From: the human T2T-CHM13v2.0 reference genome, Homo sapiens
Reading direction: 5' to 3' (one strand)
Length of the DNA: 64,000 bases
Assembly (NCBI RefSeq): GCF_009914755.1
Contig: NC_060932.1
Positions 1-15,689 of the stretch are shown here, piece after piece. Every line of letters starts with the position of its first letter. The first letter of the stretch is position 1. The notes under the pieces are model-generated. The model ran no database searches and was not told the DNA's origin. It saw only the letters and a program-made list of their open reading frames with translations. The position numbers and the translations under genes were made by a program.

Positions 1-516
1 AATTATAATAGAATGGGCTGCGCTGCCACCCATGCTTTTAGATGTCCAGGGTAAAAATAATTTCCCCTCAAGCCTAATTTTCGAATTGTTTGTTTTATTT
101 TCCCCATAAAATAGGGAAGAACTGTGTGACTCAATTTCAACATTCCTGTATTTATTATCAACATATTTCACCCACTCCTACCTGGCAGGGCATCAGGTTT
201 GTGCAATCAGTGACTATCCTGGGTCTTGTCAATTGAGCTGTTGTTTGGCGTGTGGAAACCAGAGAGATTCACTTCATGTTACACTCTGGGCTATGTGCAG
301 TTTATTGCTTTCTGCATGTTAATGTTGGGTGGAGAGAACTTTAAATGTGTCATAGATTGGATTTTAATGAGAAAAATAAAATCAAAGGAAAGGGAGAAAC
401 TGAATGCAACATCAGGATTTTAAGGAAAACATTTCTTGTTCTGATTTGATTTTATTTACTGCACCAAATGCACCATGTGTCAAGCATATTCTATTCAAAT
501 AAGATTTATGAAGTAC

Positions 517-696
517 TTTTTCTTATTTATTTATTTATTTTTGGACAGAGTCTCATTCTGTCACCCAGGCTGGAGGGCAGTGGTGCAATCATAGCTCACT
601 GCAACCTTGAACTCCTGGGCTCAAGCAATCCTCTTGCGTCAGCCTCCTGAGTAGCTGGGACTACAGGTGTGAACGACCATGCCTGGCTAATTAAAA

Positions 697-728
<32 letters not shown>

Positions 729-847
729 GTAGAAACAAGATCTAGCTATGTTGCCCAGGCTGGTCTTGAACTCCTGGGCTCAAGCAATCCTCTTGCCTCA
801 GCCTCCCAAAGTGCTGGGACTATAGGCATGAGCCACGATGCTTGGCC
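517..847 (-). mobile_element. Alu (AluJ-like), full dimer
   Basis: T-rich tail, ggacagagtctcattctgtcacccaggctgg, long T linker at 701-728, ends cttggcc; J-type bases (atagctcactgc, ctcctgggctcaagc). Confidence 0.93.
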
Positions 848-1487
848 TGAATTATGTTTTAATGAACAGTGTCATGTTCGTGCCTTTTCCAAAGCATTTT
901 TGTTTGATGTGTTCAATGTCATCATTGGCACTTAACACTCTTCCCAATAGTTTTCATAGATACACCATATTTTTGTGGCACTTATTGCAGCATTTTTTTT
1001 TGTTACATAAATATACAGAAAGTGTTTAGCAATACAAGATAGCTGAGTTATGCCATTAAAAATGTATGCACAGTCCCTGCATGCATCCAAAGGATGCTGA
1101 GCAACCAGCATGGCTTTCATGTGTCCTGTTTCTGCCCTTAGTATCCGTTATCTTCCTGTGTCCTAGAGGCCAAAGTCCCAATGCTAGACCTAGTGGTCCG
1201 GAGTTCACCAGGTCATCCCTCCTGGAGCCACTCTCTCCCACAGCACCCAATTGCTCCAACATACCTTCTCTCTCTTTGAAACAGTTTCACAACAAGAAGG
1301 TGCTGGAAAGGAAACTATGTATTTCTCACACTGTGCTGCTTCGCACCTCTGTAACTTTGTCTCAAAAAACCCAACACAGAGTGTTGTTGGTCATTCAGTG
1401 GGAGGCGCCAATACTTTTCCCTCAAGTTTTTAAAAGATCACTAAGTAAAGCATGCAAGTGAATATTCACATATTCAGCTTCTGTTTA

Positions 1488-1623
1488 TTTTTATTATTTT
1501 TTTTTAGTGATGGGGGCCTTGCTGTGTTGCCCAGGCTGGTCTCTAATTCCTGGCCTCAAGCCATCCTCCCATCTCAGCCTCCCAAAGTGCTAGGATTGCA
1601 GGCATGAGGCACCACGCCCAGCC
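1488..1623 (-). mobile_element. Alu monomer (FLAM-like)
   Basis: Single left-arm-like monomer with T tail; flanks tcag(c/t)ttctgttt resemble a TSD. Confidence 0.85.
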
Positions 1624-2079
1624 CTCAGTTTCTGTTTTAAAATATCTGACTTTGTTCATGCAGAGATAATCTCATAAATGAAAGATGATTAAAGTTCTAA
1701 TGAGAACCTGTCAACTTTCTAACCTTCAACTTCGCTTACCTACTCTTTGGCATGACTATCTTAATCTAGGGATCCAAAAGAACTTTGGATATTGTTACCT
1801 AGCAACAAGCTTTAAATTATAATGAGGTTAAGTAAGTTTGCCCAGAATCCACATTGTATCAACAACAGATACCTTGCCAGGATTAACTAAACTCCATTAA
1901 CTTGAAAAGCCCTGTAAGTCAAGATTGCCTTCTTAAGTATAAATAAATATAATGCTTCAAAGAAAATAAATACTGTGATGTTTTGAGTCTTTACTGTATT
2001 TGAAACTCTCTATATGGTTATTGTGTTTTTTTTTTCTCCTCCTATTCAATTGGCCGGTGGTTTGCTCTTGTCCCCACTC

Positions 2080-2215
2080 TTCACACACATCTACTCAATT
2101 GCTAAGTCCTGTCAGTGCTCCCTCCTAAACATCTGGAATGCTCACTCGCTACTCATGTCCACCTTCCTCCAGCCCTGGTTCACACTACCATCACCTCTCA
2201 TTTACCACCTTGTTC
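2080..2215 (+). mobile_element. L2 fragment
   Basis: aagtcctgtcagtgctccctcctaaacatc...ccctggttcacactaccatcacctctca resembles the L2 3' region. Confidence 0.55.
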
Positions 2216-2874
2216 TCTGTATCTAGTATGACCAGAATGTTTACTTAAAAGAAAAAAAGAATCAGTCCACAAAGATGAAATGCAAACCACTCTAATTTGG
2301 CTTAGACTTTTCTGTTTCTGTTTCTCATTCTCAATAGCACTGGAATTTTCTGTGGAACATCATTTTCTGACTCCCAAAGCTCAGAGTTAAGACAGTTGTG
2401 AAACCAGGAGGTCGAATGGGACAGAATGGGAAGGATTCAGTCATATACTTATAATCTTGTTTGTCTTTTCTGTGGCCTGGAACATGTGTTTCCTGAGAAT
2501 TTTAAGAAAGGGCTCCTTTCTCATCCAGCTGTCCACCTGAGTTGGTGACCCTATGTGTCTGGGTGGCAGGCAGGTGTGGCCCACAGCTTGCCTTTTTCTC
2601 TGGGTCATGCTCAGCACCAGTGAGGCAATTGTTTTTTGCCTGGGGAACAGGGCCACCTACACCCCTGAAGATGCTAAATGGGTGTTATTATTTGATAATT
2701 TTCAGTGATCTACTGTTCTTACTAATGGAGTGATCCAGTGTTCACTATGACTAATGTTGACTTCTTAATCATTAGAAAGTTTAGGAAAACTAGTATTATA
2801 TTATTAATATATAATTATAACTATACAATACATAATTATATATATTAATGTATACAAAATATGTAACAACATAA

Positions 2875-3548
<674 letters not shown>

Positions 3549-3564
3549 GATTTTGATTTTTAAA

Positions 3565-4980
3565 ACTTTTTTACTTTGAAATAATTTCAAACATTCAGAA
3601 AAGTTGAAAAAGTAGTATAAAGAATTTCTGTATTCACCAGGTCCTTGAATAACATCATTCTGTTATAACATTGATGAGAAAAAAATTGATTCCTGCCAGG
3701 GTCCACTGTTTGTGGAGTTTGTATGTTCTCCCCATGTCTGCATGGGTTTTCATCTCTGGGTCCTTGGACTTCCTCCTGCATCCCAAAGCCATGCACGCTG
3801 GTGAACTGCTGTGTCTACATGGTCCCAGTGTGAGTGTGAGTGTGCTTTGTGATAGGATGGCAACTGTCCAGGCTGGTTTTCACTTCCCGACCTGAGCTGC
3901 CAGGATGGCTCCTGCCACCCATGACACTAACTGGAATAAATGGGTTGGAAAATGAATGAGTGAATACAAATGATTATAAAGCAAACATTCCTAAAGTCTA
4001 CGATAACCACAGAAATGCACAAAAATAGATGACGCAATATGAACATGCTCAGTGAGCTGCCACATTTGTGATTGCTTTTGAATTGTGTGGTGCAAGGAGA
4101 TGCTCTTGACAATTTTTGCTTTGCAAACATTTATTCCTTGATTTAACCCACCACCGCTTCGATGTCATCACTCACTGAGTCATCAAAAATTGGGTAAATA
4201 ATTCTTTTTCTTGTTTTTATTTACCTTTATTAAATTAATGAAGAGTTCTCATTTATTTAAGTGAGAATTGAATACATTTATTTCAATAAGCGCTCTCCAT
4301 AAATTTAATAAAGATTAATAAAAACAAGAAGGATTAATAGTAAAGTGTTTTGTGTCTTTGTTTAGAAGTTTGATGATGTTTTTATGACCAGAAATGTGCT
4401 GTAGGAACTTAACTCTTACTTATATCAATTAACCTATGGGAAAACTGGTTTCATTATATGTCATTTCATTCATTGTCTCTGTTTCCAAGAACCCATTGAT
4501 GACATTCAGTGAGGACGTACTGTAGTCTCTCTCTCTCATCTCCCTCCACCCACAGCATTATTATTATTATATATTTTTCTGAATCATTTGAGAGCAATTG
4601 CTGACATGCTCTTTTACCCTAAAACACTGCTGTGTGTGCTGCCTAAAAACATGGACAGGCTCTTGCATAACAGGTACGTCCGTCCACATCGGGAAGTCAG
4701 CATCAGTACAGTGCCACCACCCAGACCTCACTCAGATATCACCAGCGGACCCAACCATGTTCTTTGCAATCCCCTTTTCTCTTCGGGAATAGGATTCAAT
4801 CCAGGATCTCATGCTGCACTTAGCTTTCATCTCATTTTGTTTTCCTTCCGTCTAGAGTAGTTCCTCACATTTTCCTTGTCTTTTGTGATGTTCATATTTT
4901 TAAAGAGTAGAATCCAGGTGTTGACCTTCATTTGGGGTTCAGCTGATGCTTTGTCACGATGAGATTGAGGTGATGCATCA
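3565..4980 (-). mobile_element. Old L1M (L1MC-like) 3' fragment, split by MER6
   Basis: tttgaaataatttcaaacattcagaaaagttg at ~3575; tttttctgaatcatttgagag and ggattcaatccaggatctcatgctgcacttag at 4575-4830. Confidence 0.65.
3635..4522 (+). mobile_element. MER6 non-autonomous TcMar-Tigger DNA transposon, near full length
   Basis: Starts caccaggtccttgaataac, ends gtttccaagaacccattgatgacattcagtgaggacgtactg followed by TA; internal gtggagtttgtatgttctccccatgtctgcatgggtttt. Confidence 0.85.
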
Positions 4981-5100
4981 CAGAAGGGACTTTTTAGGCT
5001 GGGATTGGCCAGTCCACACCGCTTTGCACATGACTTCAGATGCCCTCTGGAGTGATCATGGGTTTTGTGAGTAGTTCATAACTTTTTTCTCTCCTGTTCC

Positions 5101-5412
<312 letters not shown>

Positions 5413-5574
5413 AAGTTCTCACTAATTTTTGATAAGTCAAAAGTTAACCTGCCCCTGTGGCCTGGCATCCACTTCTTCAGCAGTTCCTATCCAGTGCCAC
5501 TAAAAGGATCCCTCATCACTTTGCTAATAAGAACATCCTCTATGAGTCAGCATTCTGGCATCTCCCAGTTTAAA

Positions 5575-5680
5575 TGCACGAACTCCAGCAAAACCCAAGA
5601 CCAACTACATGAGATTTTGCATTTTAACAAGTTTCCCAGGTGACTCATACACATATTCAACTTCGAGAAGCACAGCTCTG
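5575..5680. mobile_element. MER5-like hAT-Charlie fragment
   Basis: gcattttaacaagtttcccaggtgactcatacacatattcaacttcgagaagcacag; a similar second piece at ~5880-5985. Confidence 0.55.
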
Positions 5681-6329
5681 GGAACATAAAATCTGCATTA
5701 TTTCATTAATTTTTTAAATATCAGATATTTTGGAATGTGTTAGGCAATGTGGGAGCCTGTGGGAGAAGGAGTTTGCTTTGTTACTTTTATTTTCTGATCT
5801 TGGACAAAATGTATTTAAATTTTGAATACATTTTATACTTCTCCTTTAAACTCTGAAACAAAAATCTTCAACCTCAACAGTTCTAATTCACTTGGTCTAG
5901 TGTGGGTCCCCAGCACCTATATTTTCTAAAGGCTCCCCCAGCGTGCCCCTAATGTGCACCTAGGTTGGGCCATTATCACAACTCTAACACATGTGGAAGT
6001 CACGAATTAACTGCATAAACATACAGCAATCATAGGAATAAAATACTTCCAATATCGTGGCCTCTTAATCCTAGAACTTTTCTCCAGTCTTTTATCTTCC
6101 TCTCTATTTTATTCCCATTCAATATCCTTGTCATGGTTAAGAAATGTGCCCCTTCCAAATACCAATTGCAAATATTTCACTTTCAGACCACTAGCTCCTG
6201 TCTTTAGCTCACTCTCTGTAGTGCCTGGACTCCAATGTTCCTGGGCCTTACTGAACCCCTACCAGCTATGCCTCCCTCCACAAGTTCATGTTTCCCAACC
6301 CCCTCACAGCCTCATTGCCTGCCTTCCAC

Positions 6330-7010
6330 AGTGGGGGCTTCATCGCCCATCATCAGTGACTCCTCCCTTGGCTGCACCTCCAATTCCCTTGCCCTCACTT
6401 ACTTCTCACCACTTGCTTGGAAAACTCCAAACCTGGTTAAACGCTGCTCTCTTCCTGCTCACTCTGAACCGTGTAGCAGAATATGCCATAAAACAAACAA
6501 ACAAGCAAATAAAAAAATCCCAGATCATGTTGACCCAACAACTGGTCTCACTTTAAATTCAACCGCCTCTGTCCAGCAGTTCCACTCCTTTCCCTAGTCC
6601 AATAACTCGCCCTTGTGCTAGATGATGATTTCCTACCTTAGTCATTCTTCCCAGACTTACAGCTCCTCCTTCCTGTCCCCACTCAGTGATGCTTTTTCCT
6701 ATTTCTCTGGAAAAAAAATTAAAAAAAAGTTCTGCAAGCTGCTACCATCACCTCCAGCCTCCTCTGCACCTGAACACATTTCCTTGGCCTTCTGACTGTT
6801 CCTGTGCCCACCCAAGACCATGCCCTCCACTTATGCTCTGGATCTGGTCAAGCCAACCTTTGCTGCTTCTTCTGGGTCACCAGTTTGTGTCCACTGAATC
6901 ATTTTCATCAACTTTCAACCATGCTTTTTCATTCCATTTAAAATAAACTCTTCGGCCCCACCCTCCCAGGCCAGCTACTGCCCCTCTGCTCTGCTTTGCT
7001 GTCTTGTCTT
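6330..7010 (+). mobile_element. L2 fragment (ORF2-derived)
   Basis: C-rich degenerate L2 motifs (caattcccttgccc, aaaactccaaacctggttaa, ctggtctcactttaaattca). Confidence 0.6.
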
Positions 7011-7189
7011 TCTGTGGAAAGCCTCTCTGAACTCATTTTGCCATATGTGTAATGGAAGAGAATGGGATAGAGAGAGAGAAAAGCTAGGAAGAGAGATTAG
7101 AGGGGAGGCAGAGAGTGGGAGGGAGAGGTTAGAAAGTTAATTCTGATTCATTTAAGTTTATAATATGTAACTGGGTATCAATCTATTCT

Positions 7190-7295
7190 AGGATTCACTT
7201 ATTTAACAACTATTTATTGGTTAGCAGGCATTTTTTTTTTTTTTAGGTGCAGGGGATACAGTAATGAACAACAGAAAAAGAAATCCTTCCCCTTA
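7190..7295 (-). mobile_element. L2 3' end
   Basis: attcacttatttaacaactatttattg...ggtgcaggggatacagtaatgaaca. Confidence 0.6.
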
Positions 7296-7298
7296 AAT

Positions 7299-7712
<414 letters not shown>

Positions 7713-8665
7713 TCATAGTGACCTTTCCTTCCTTTTCATTTCATAAAAGAATATCCTTTGGATATTCTACCTGGTTGTCTTTAATCCAATGAAAGATTAT
7801 TGATCTCAGGTCAGATATAACTCCCTTTCCTCTGTCCTAATTAATGTCACTTCTAGAGACATTTCTGGACTGTAGTTTCTAGTGGGTTTGTTTTGTCCAT
7901 TATCGGTTTATTTTTAACTGCCTTTCTTTCAAAACAGTTCCTATTTATTCTTTCATTTTCAGTCACATATGTGATAGTTTTATGGAACAGTTTTCTCCTT
8001 TCTTTTAAAGCCTATAGATGATGACATTTAATAAATGACATCAGATCTTTTTAACTGCATGATGTTATCACATAGTGATTCTTATCCACCTCCATACGTT
8101 GTTTCTAATTGTTCTTGTGTCAGACAGTTGGAAGCTGGCCCCGAACTGTGAACTGTGAGCAGCGTGGGGAACTCAGCCTTGCCTCTATTAAAGCATCTTT
8201 GTCAGAAGACTAAATTTTTAAAAAGCTCTTTTGCATCACTAAATTAGAAGAGACCATATCAAATAATATTCACTGCTGATGAGATGGAGTTAAACTGATA
8301 CTCATGCTTCCTTGGCAACTTTATAAATTCACACAAACTTTTGGAAACTAATTTGGCAACTAATTAAAGAGCTGAGAAAACCTTATTTAAATTATTTAAA
8401 AAATTCTATTGAGACAATCTAATATGGGAAAAAACTTCTCTAAAGGAGAATGTTTATTGCAAAGTTAGTGAAAAGGGATAAAAATCATAGAAACAAATCT
8501 CCAAAATGGAATAATAAATAAATAAACCATGGTATTTTTACTCTAAGGAACATTGTGTGGCAATCAAATATATGGCAATGTGGAAAAATTTATGTTATAT
8601 AATATTAAATTAAAAAATGCAACTATGTACATGGTAATTACAGCCATCTACAGAGACATATTTAA

Positions 8666-8978
<313 letters not shown>

Positions 8979-9323
8979 CAAGAATTTAACCAGAATAATG
9001 ATAATTAAATTATGAAAGCAGTAGGGTTAGAGATATTAATTTTTATTTATTATTTTTCAAATTTCATTTAATACAGTTATATTACTTAAAGTTTAAAATA
9101 ATGTTCTAGAGTAGGGTCATACCATTTGAATTTGGAAAATCCTGATATATTGTTGAGTTGCTTTCTAGGATGGTCAGATGTAGCCTAATATAGTGTATGA
9201 GAATGCTGATTTCACTACACACTCTTCACCAGTGAAAGCTGTCTTTCAAAACATCTTTGTTAATTTAAGAAGCAAACATGTTTTGCTTCTGCTGTCACTC
9301 TTATCCTTTGATGGTAAAGTTGA

Positions 9324-9682
<359 letters not shown>

Positions 9683-9762
9683 TAGTATTTTTTTTCATAA
9701 TTGATTTTTATCAGGTCTGTATAGATTAAGGCATAAATGGTCTTTTATCATTGTATTATTCA

Positions 9763-10018
9763 TTTTTTGTTTTTGAGACAGGGTCTTGCTCTGTCACCCA
9801 GGCTGGAGCACAGTGGCTCGATCACCTCAGCCTCCCAAGTAGCTGGGACTACAGGCATGTGCCACCATGTCTGGCTTATTTTTCTATTTTTGTTTTTTTG
9901 GGAGAGATGGGGTCTCACTATGTTGCCCAGGCTGGTCTTGAACTCCGGGCTTCAAGTGATCCTCGCACCTCAGCCTCCTGAAATGCTGGGATTACAGGTA
10001 TGAGCCACCACGCCTGAC
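9763..10018 (-). mobile_element. AluJ-like with internal deletion
   Basis: cagtggctcgatc joined directly to acctcagcctccc. Confidence 0.9.
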
Positions 10019-10116
10019 TTTCATTCGTTTGTTTTCATTTTTTGTTGATTATTGTATTACTCTTATCTCTGGTTTTCCCCTTTTTATTTGTTAAATAATG
10101 TTATTAGATATAAAGA

Positions 10117-10431
10117 TTTTTGTGTTTTTTTGATGGTTTTTTTTTTTTTTGAGATGGAGTCTGGCTCTGCCGCCCAGGCTGGAGTGCAGTGGCACTATCT
10201 TGGCTCACTGCAAGCTCCACCTCCAGGTTCAAGACATTCTCCTGCCTCAGCCTCCTGAGTAGCTGGGATTACAGGCACCTGCCACCATGCCTGGCTAATT
10301 TTTGTATCATTAGTAGAGACAGGGTTTCACCATGTTGTCCAGGTTGATCTCGAACTCCTGACCTTAGGTGATCTGCCCACCTTGGGCTCCCAAAGTGCTG
10401 GGATTACAGGTATGAGCCACTGAGCCCGACC
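10117..10431 (-). mobile_element. AluS
   Basis: Full dimer; tataaagat on both flanks. Confidence 0.93.
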
Positions 10432-10664
10432 TAAGTATAAAGATATTTAAAATTTTTTCATGCTTAAAATATGGGTTTCACTATGATTTTCCTATACATA
10501 ACTTTATAGTTTTTCATTGTGAGCTATAATGTACATCCTGAAGTGTGTGAAAATGTGTGTATGTGTATGAAGAAATATAATGATGCCAACACTCCAGAAG
10601 CTTCCTTCATCTCTTATTCCTCTTCTTTATCACAATGTTCCTCTTTGCTTTAGCAGTAACTGCC

Positions 10665-11185
10665 TGTGGTAGGCATCCTTTATGATGGCCCCGATTGGTA
10701 TTCATGCCCTGTGTAATCTCGTCCCACTGAGTGTGGGCTGGACTCATGGACTTGCTTCAAGCCAATAGAATCCAGCAAAAACAATGGTGTGCCATTTTTG
10801 AGTAGATCTGATTGTGGTTTCTGTTTCTGCCACTTCCTCCTCTCTCCTCCAGTTCCCTCTCTCGGTTCTTGCTCTAGGGGATGCAGATGCCACACTATGA
10901 GCTTCATGGGGCAAGGAACTAATGTCTCCTGCCAACAGTAAGGACTGAAGGCCTCCAACAACCATGTTAATGAACTTGGAAGCAGCTCCTGCCCCAATCC
11001 AACCTTGAGATGAATGCAGCCCAGGAGTACCTTGATTGAGCCTGTGGGAGACCATGAGCCAGAGGCATCCAGCTAAGCCACAATGGGATTCCTGACCCAC
11101 AGCAGCTATGGAATAATAAATGATTTTTGTCTTAAGCCACTAAATTTTGGAATAAATTGTTTTGCAGCAATAGAAAACCAATACA
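10665..11185 (+). mobile_element. MLT1 (MLT1F-like) MaLR solo LTR
   Basis: TG...CA ends; tgtggtaggc...gagtgtgggctggac; aataaa...ttaagccactaaattttgg...gcagcaatagaaaaccaataca. Confidence 0.85.
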
Positions 11186-11189
11186 TGAT

Positions 11190-12800
11190 TCACCTTTATG
11201 GTTATAATTTTTCTTTTTATTATATACATAGGCCTCCCTAAAAATTAAAAATCAATAATAGGTATATCCTCCCATATGCATTATTTATAACTATCTTTTG
11301 TACCATAATGATTGCAGCATTTATCAATCTTGTGACATGTAGCTATAGTTTATTTTTGTTGTTTTATGACATTCCATTCAAATATACATCAATTTATTCA
11401 CTTACTGTTGATGGATATTTGGTTTGTTTGTAATTTTGGTTGTTCTGAACTATAGTGCTGTCAACATTTTTGTACATGCACACTGGTACATATATGCATT
11501 CATTTCTCTGGAATGTGTACCTAGAATTTGCTGGGTCATGAGATATTGATGCCTTTAAATCTTCATCACCAAAGTATTTTTTGTACTGTTATATTAACTT
11601 ATTCTCCCATAAGCTGGTTATTACAGTTTTTTGACTCCACTTTCTTGTCAACTGTTATGAGACTTCAAATATCTTACCAATCTGGTTAGTATATGATGCT
11701 ACTTTGTGGTTTTAATTTCCTTTTTTAATGCAATTGAGCAGCTTTTCATGTATTTATCGGCCACTGGGATTTCCTCTTTGTCAAGTATCTATTTGAGTCA
11801 TTTTAATTTCTACTGGGTCTGCTGTATTTTTTAAAATTTATTTATAGACTTTGAAAATAATATTCTGCATGTAAGTTCTTTTTTTTAGTTACATGTTGCA
11901 AATATCTTCTTTCATTTTGCAGGATGTCCTTTTTTATTCTTATGGCATGTTTATTTGAATGAAAGTTCTATCTTGTTTAAGAAATCTTCCACTACCGGAA
12001 GATTGCTAAGCTATTATCTTAAATTTTTTTTTCTAGTTTTGCCTTTCGCATTTAGTTCTTTAATCCTTCTTAAATGGACTTTTGGTATAGACGTGAGGCA
12101 GGAGTCAAATCTATTTTTCCTGCATGAATACCTAATTGCCCCAGCATGTTTTGTTGAAAAGTCCGCCTTTTCTCTGCTGTTCTGCTTTGTTATAAATTTT
12201 GTGCCTGTGTCTGGATAGCGTATTCTGTTCCATTAGTCTTTGTTTCTGTCCGTGCACTAATAGCTCACTGTCTCTATTACTATAGCTTCATAATGAGCTC
12301 TGGTATCTGGTAGAGCAAGTCCTTCCACTTATTTCTTTTCATGAGTGTGTTGGCTATTCCCTTTGCAGTTCTATATTTATTTAAGAATTAGCTCATCCAG
12401 TTACATACACATGTACACACTCTTAGGATTTTAACTGGGATTGCATAAGCTAACTTAGAATTCATGTCTTTACGGTTCTGAGCCTTACAATCTGAACATG
12501 TTGTATCTCCCGTTATTTGGGTTAATTTAAACATGTTTTATAAGGAAATTTATAATTATCTTTATAGATATTTTGAACATATCTTGCACAGTTTAATCTA
12601 ATTACTTGATAATTTTGAAGCTATTAATGGTATTTTTTAAAACTTTAATTTCCTGGGGTTTGTTTTTTGCTGGTATACTGTAATTATATATATAGAGGGG
12701 GTATATTTTATTAAATTATCTTATTAATTCTAAGAGTTTTTCTGTAAATTCTTCTGAATTGCTTATCCAGGCAATCATGTCACCTGTGAATAATGATGTC
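11190..12800 (-). mobile_element. Old L1M (L1ME-like) ORF2/3' fragment
   Basis: ctgttgatggatatttgg, ctgggtcatgag, tgtggttttaattt, attactatagcttcataatgagctctggtatctggtag. Confidence 0.75.
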
Positions 12801-13381
12801 CTTTTTAATTTCTTCAATTCATTTTATGCTAAAGAAATAATTCCCTCTTTCTAGAACAAATAGGCATTGATTTCTACTATTCTTTTATGATTTTGTAAAA
12901 AAAACACTTATAATGTTAAAAAATTAATATTAATTTACCTCTAGAATTTATTTTTATGTGTTTTAGGAAATAAGACTCCAACTTTGTTTTTCCCAAAGGG
13001 TTAACCAATTGTTCCCACAATATAAATTTACTAATACACCCATTTGCCCTTTTAGCATACACTAAATTTCTGTGTACACTAAGGTTTGTTTTTTGTTGAT
13101 CTAACCTGCTTCATTGACTTGTTGGTTGTGGCACTGATTACTGTTTTCTAATACCCTTACATGTTGATACAGTGATTAATTCTTTAAATGCCAGGTCTCT
13201 TATCAACATAAGAGTAAATTTTGGAATTATAGTCATATTTTAGGAGATTTTTTTAAATCACTGGCAAACATTTTCCAAACCCCTAAGGATCTAAACTTGC
13301 ATCCAGTTGTCTTTGGTGTTTCAGATTTTATGATTTCATAGTTATTAAATCACTAATTTCTATGACAGGAAGGGACAGAAG

Positions 13382-13750
13382 CATAGAATTTTTGAGTGAG
13401 AAAGACCCCAAGGATAGCTCTTCCAGACTCTCACCTTGAACAGTGACTTATTTTAGCAGGTTACAGCCTTGCACATGGCCATCTCACCTTTACCTGGAAC
13501 CTTCAATACTAGGAAGTGAGCTATGACACTGGGCAGTTCAGTCTAGGTTTCAACGATCCTTGGTAGTGAGTTCTACCTGGACAAATCTCACTCTGTACAA
13601 GGTCCATCCATAGGTCTTACTTTTGTCCTTCAGAAACACAGAGACTTGCTTAAATCTCTTTTATACATGTTTGCTATTTTAATATTGAAGACACATATCA
13701 CCACACCTCCTTAACTCTTATTTTCCCAGAGTGATTATTTCCAATTTCGC
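13382..13750 (-). mobile_element. L3/CR1 fragment
   Basis: catagaatttttgag..., ccatccataggtcttacttttgtccttc, aatattgaagacacatatca match the L3 3' layout. Confidence 0.6.
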
Positions 13751-13944
13751 CTCTGAGGCTGGGTTATCCCAGCCTACTTGTGTTCAAAGTGTTTGGTAAT
13801 TTCCCCCTTTCCTACACACCTGCCAATAATAGCAATAGCGACAATTACAATACAATGAAAGCGATGTAACACTGAGTCTAAATAGTATTCAAATGTGGTC
13901 TCCAGGTAAACTCTATATTCCTTTGATTTATGGACCCCACTAAG

Positions 13945-14500
13945 GAAGCCTTGGCTGCAAATAAGATATGTCTCACCTATTGGTAAGTCAAAAAAAAAAA
14001 AAGAATTTGATTTTTTCACATCACAAGAAATCTAGAGGTGGGGTCGGGGGTGTCACTGGCATTAAGTGAGAAGGTCAAGTGTGCTAGGACTCTGGGGCTC
14101 ATCCCTGCAGCCCTCAGTCTTCCCTGTGGCTCCACGCATCACTGCATTTATCAAAGATGAGAAGTGGGTGTGGTGCAGGCAAGGCAGAATTTCACCTCAT
14201 ATGCTTACCTCTAAGTGAGGAAAATCCTTCCCAGATGGTCCCAGGACAGCGGCTTAAGCCTTGTTGGCCAGATTTGTGTCATGGATCCATCCCAGACCTC
14301 AGACTGGAAAGCTTCCCTAACAACAAAATATCTTAACTCAAAAGGTTTTCAGGAGTTTGAGACCAGCCTGGGTGACATAGTGAGACTCCCATCTCTAAAA
14401 GAAAAAGAATTTAATAAAATTAAAAAAACAAAAACAAAACCCCACAAGGACTAAGAAAGGGGCTAGCTTTGGAGTAGATGAGAAACAGCATCTGCCATTA
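13945..14500 (-). mobile_element. Old MLT1 LTR fragment containing a short plus-strand Alu piece (14350-14440)
   Basis: ttggctgcaaataa, cacatcacaagaaatctagaggtggg, ttggccagatttgtgtcatg; Alu piece aggagtttgagaccagcctggg. Confidence 0.5.
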
Positions 14501-14612
14501 TCTATATATTTATCTATATGCTTTACTACTATTGATGTATCTTCTGGCACTAGCTCTTTTATTATTGTTATTTTAAATACCCCCTCCCCACACCCCAGTG
14601 TATATTGATCTA

Positions 14613-15020
<408 letters not shown>

Positions 15021-15119
15021 TCATTCACCTTCTAGGTTTGGTTCTGCCAATCAGTAAAATTACTTTTGGCAGCAGGTGACATAATACCTGACCAAACATG
15101 GCTTAATAATAAGAGTCAT

Positions 15120-15435
15120 AGCTGGGGGTGGTGGCTCATACCTGTAATCTCAACACTTTGGGCGGCTGAGTCAGGAAGATCACTTGAGACCAGGAGTTCA
15201 AGACCAGCCCAACCTGGGCAACATAGCAAGATACCCCACCTCTACAAAAAATAAAATAAAAACCTTAGCTGAGTGTGGTGGCACAGGCCTGTAGTCCCAG
15301 CTACTCAGGAGGCTGAGGTGGGAAGATCCCTTGAGTCCAGGAGCTCAAGGCTATAGTGAGTTATGATTATGCCATTGCACTCCAGCCTGTGGGACAGAAT
15401 GAGACTCTGCCTCTAAAAGAATAAGATAAAATAAA
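15120..15435 (+). mobile_element. AluJ-like
   Basis: gtggctcatacctgtaatctcaacactttggg...gaggtgggaagatcccttgag...A-rich tail. Confidence 0.92.
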
Positions 15436-15689
15436 GCTCACTATTAAATGCCACATAACAAGAATGAGACACTTAGGCAATTCTATCGTTGTTTAATACA
15501 ACCCCTCAATGATATCAGAGCTCCAGGTAGACAACATATGTCCACATCAGGATCTGCCCCTCCTTTCCTTCCTTTCCTTCTGGCTGCTATGTCTGTAAAC
15601 TCGGATTAAGTTGCAATATAACACATCTAAAGGCTTGCTGGGCCTCATAAGGGAGGGAATGGGCTACACCTAAGAAGAACAACAAGGCC

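Noticed and set aside
1066-1461. 131-aa ORF with a hydrophobic N-terminus
   Set aside because: No recognisable domain or exon support; the length is within chance expectation.
6128-6597. Overlapping 142-aa and 120-aa ORFs
   Set aside because: They lie largely in a C-rich degenerate L2 and resemble no protein I recognise.
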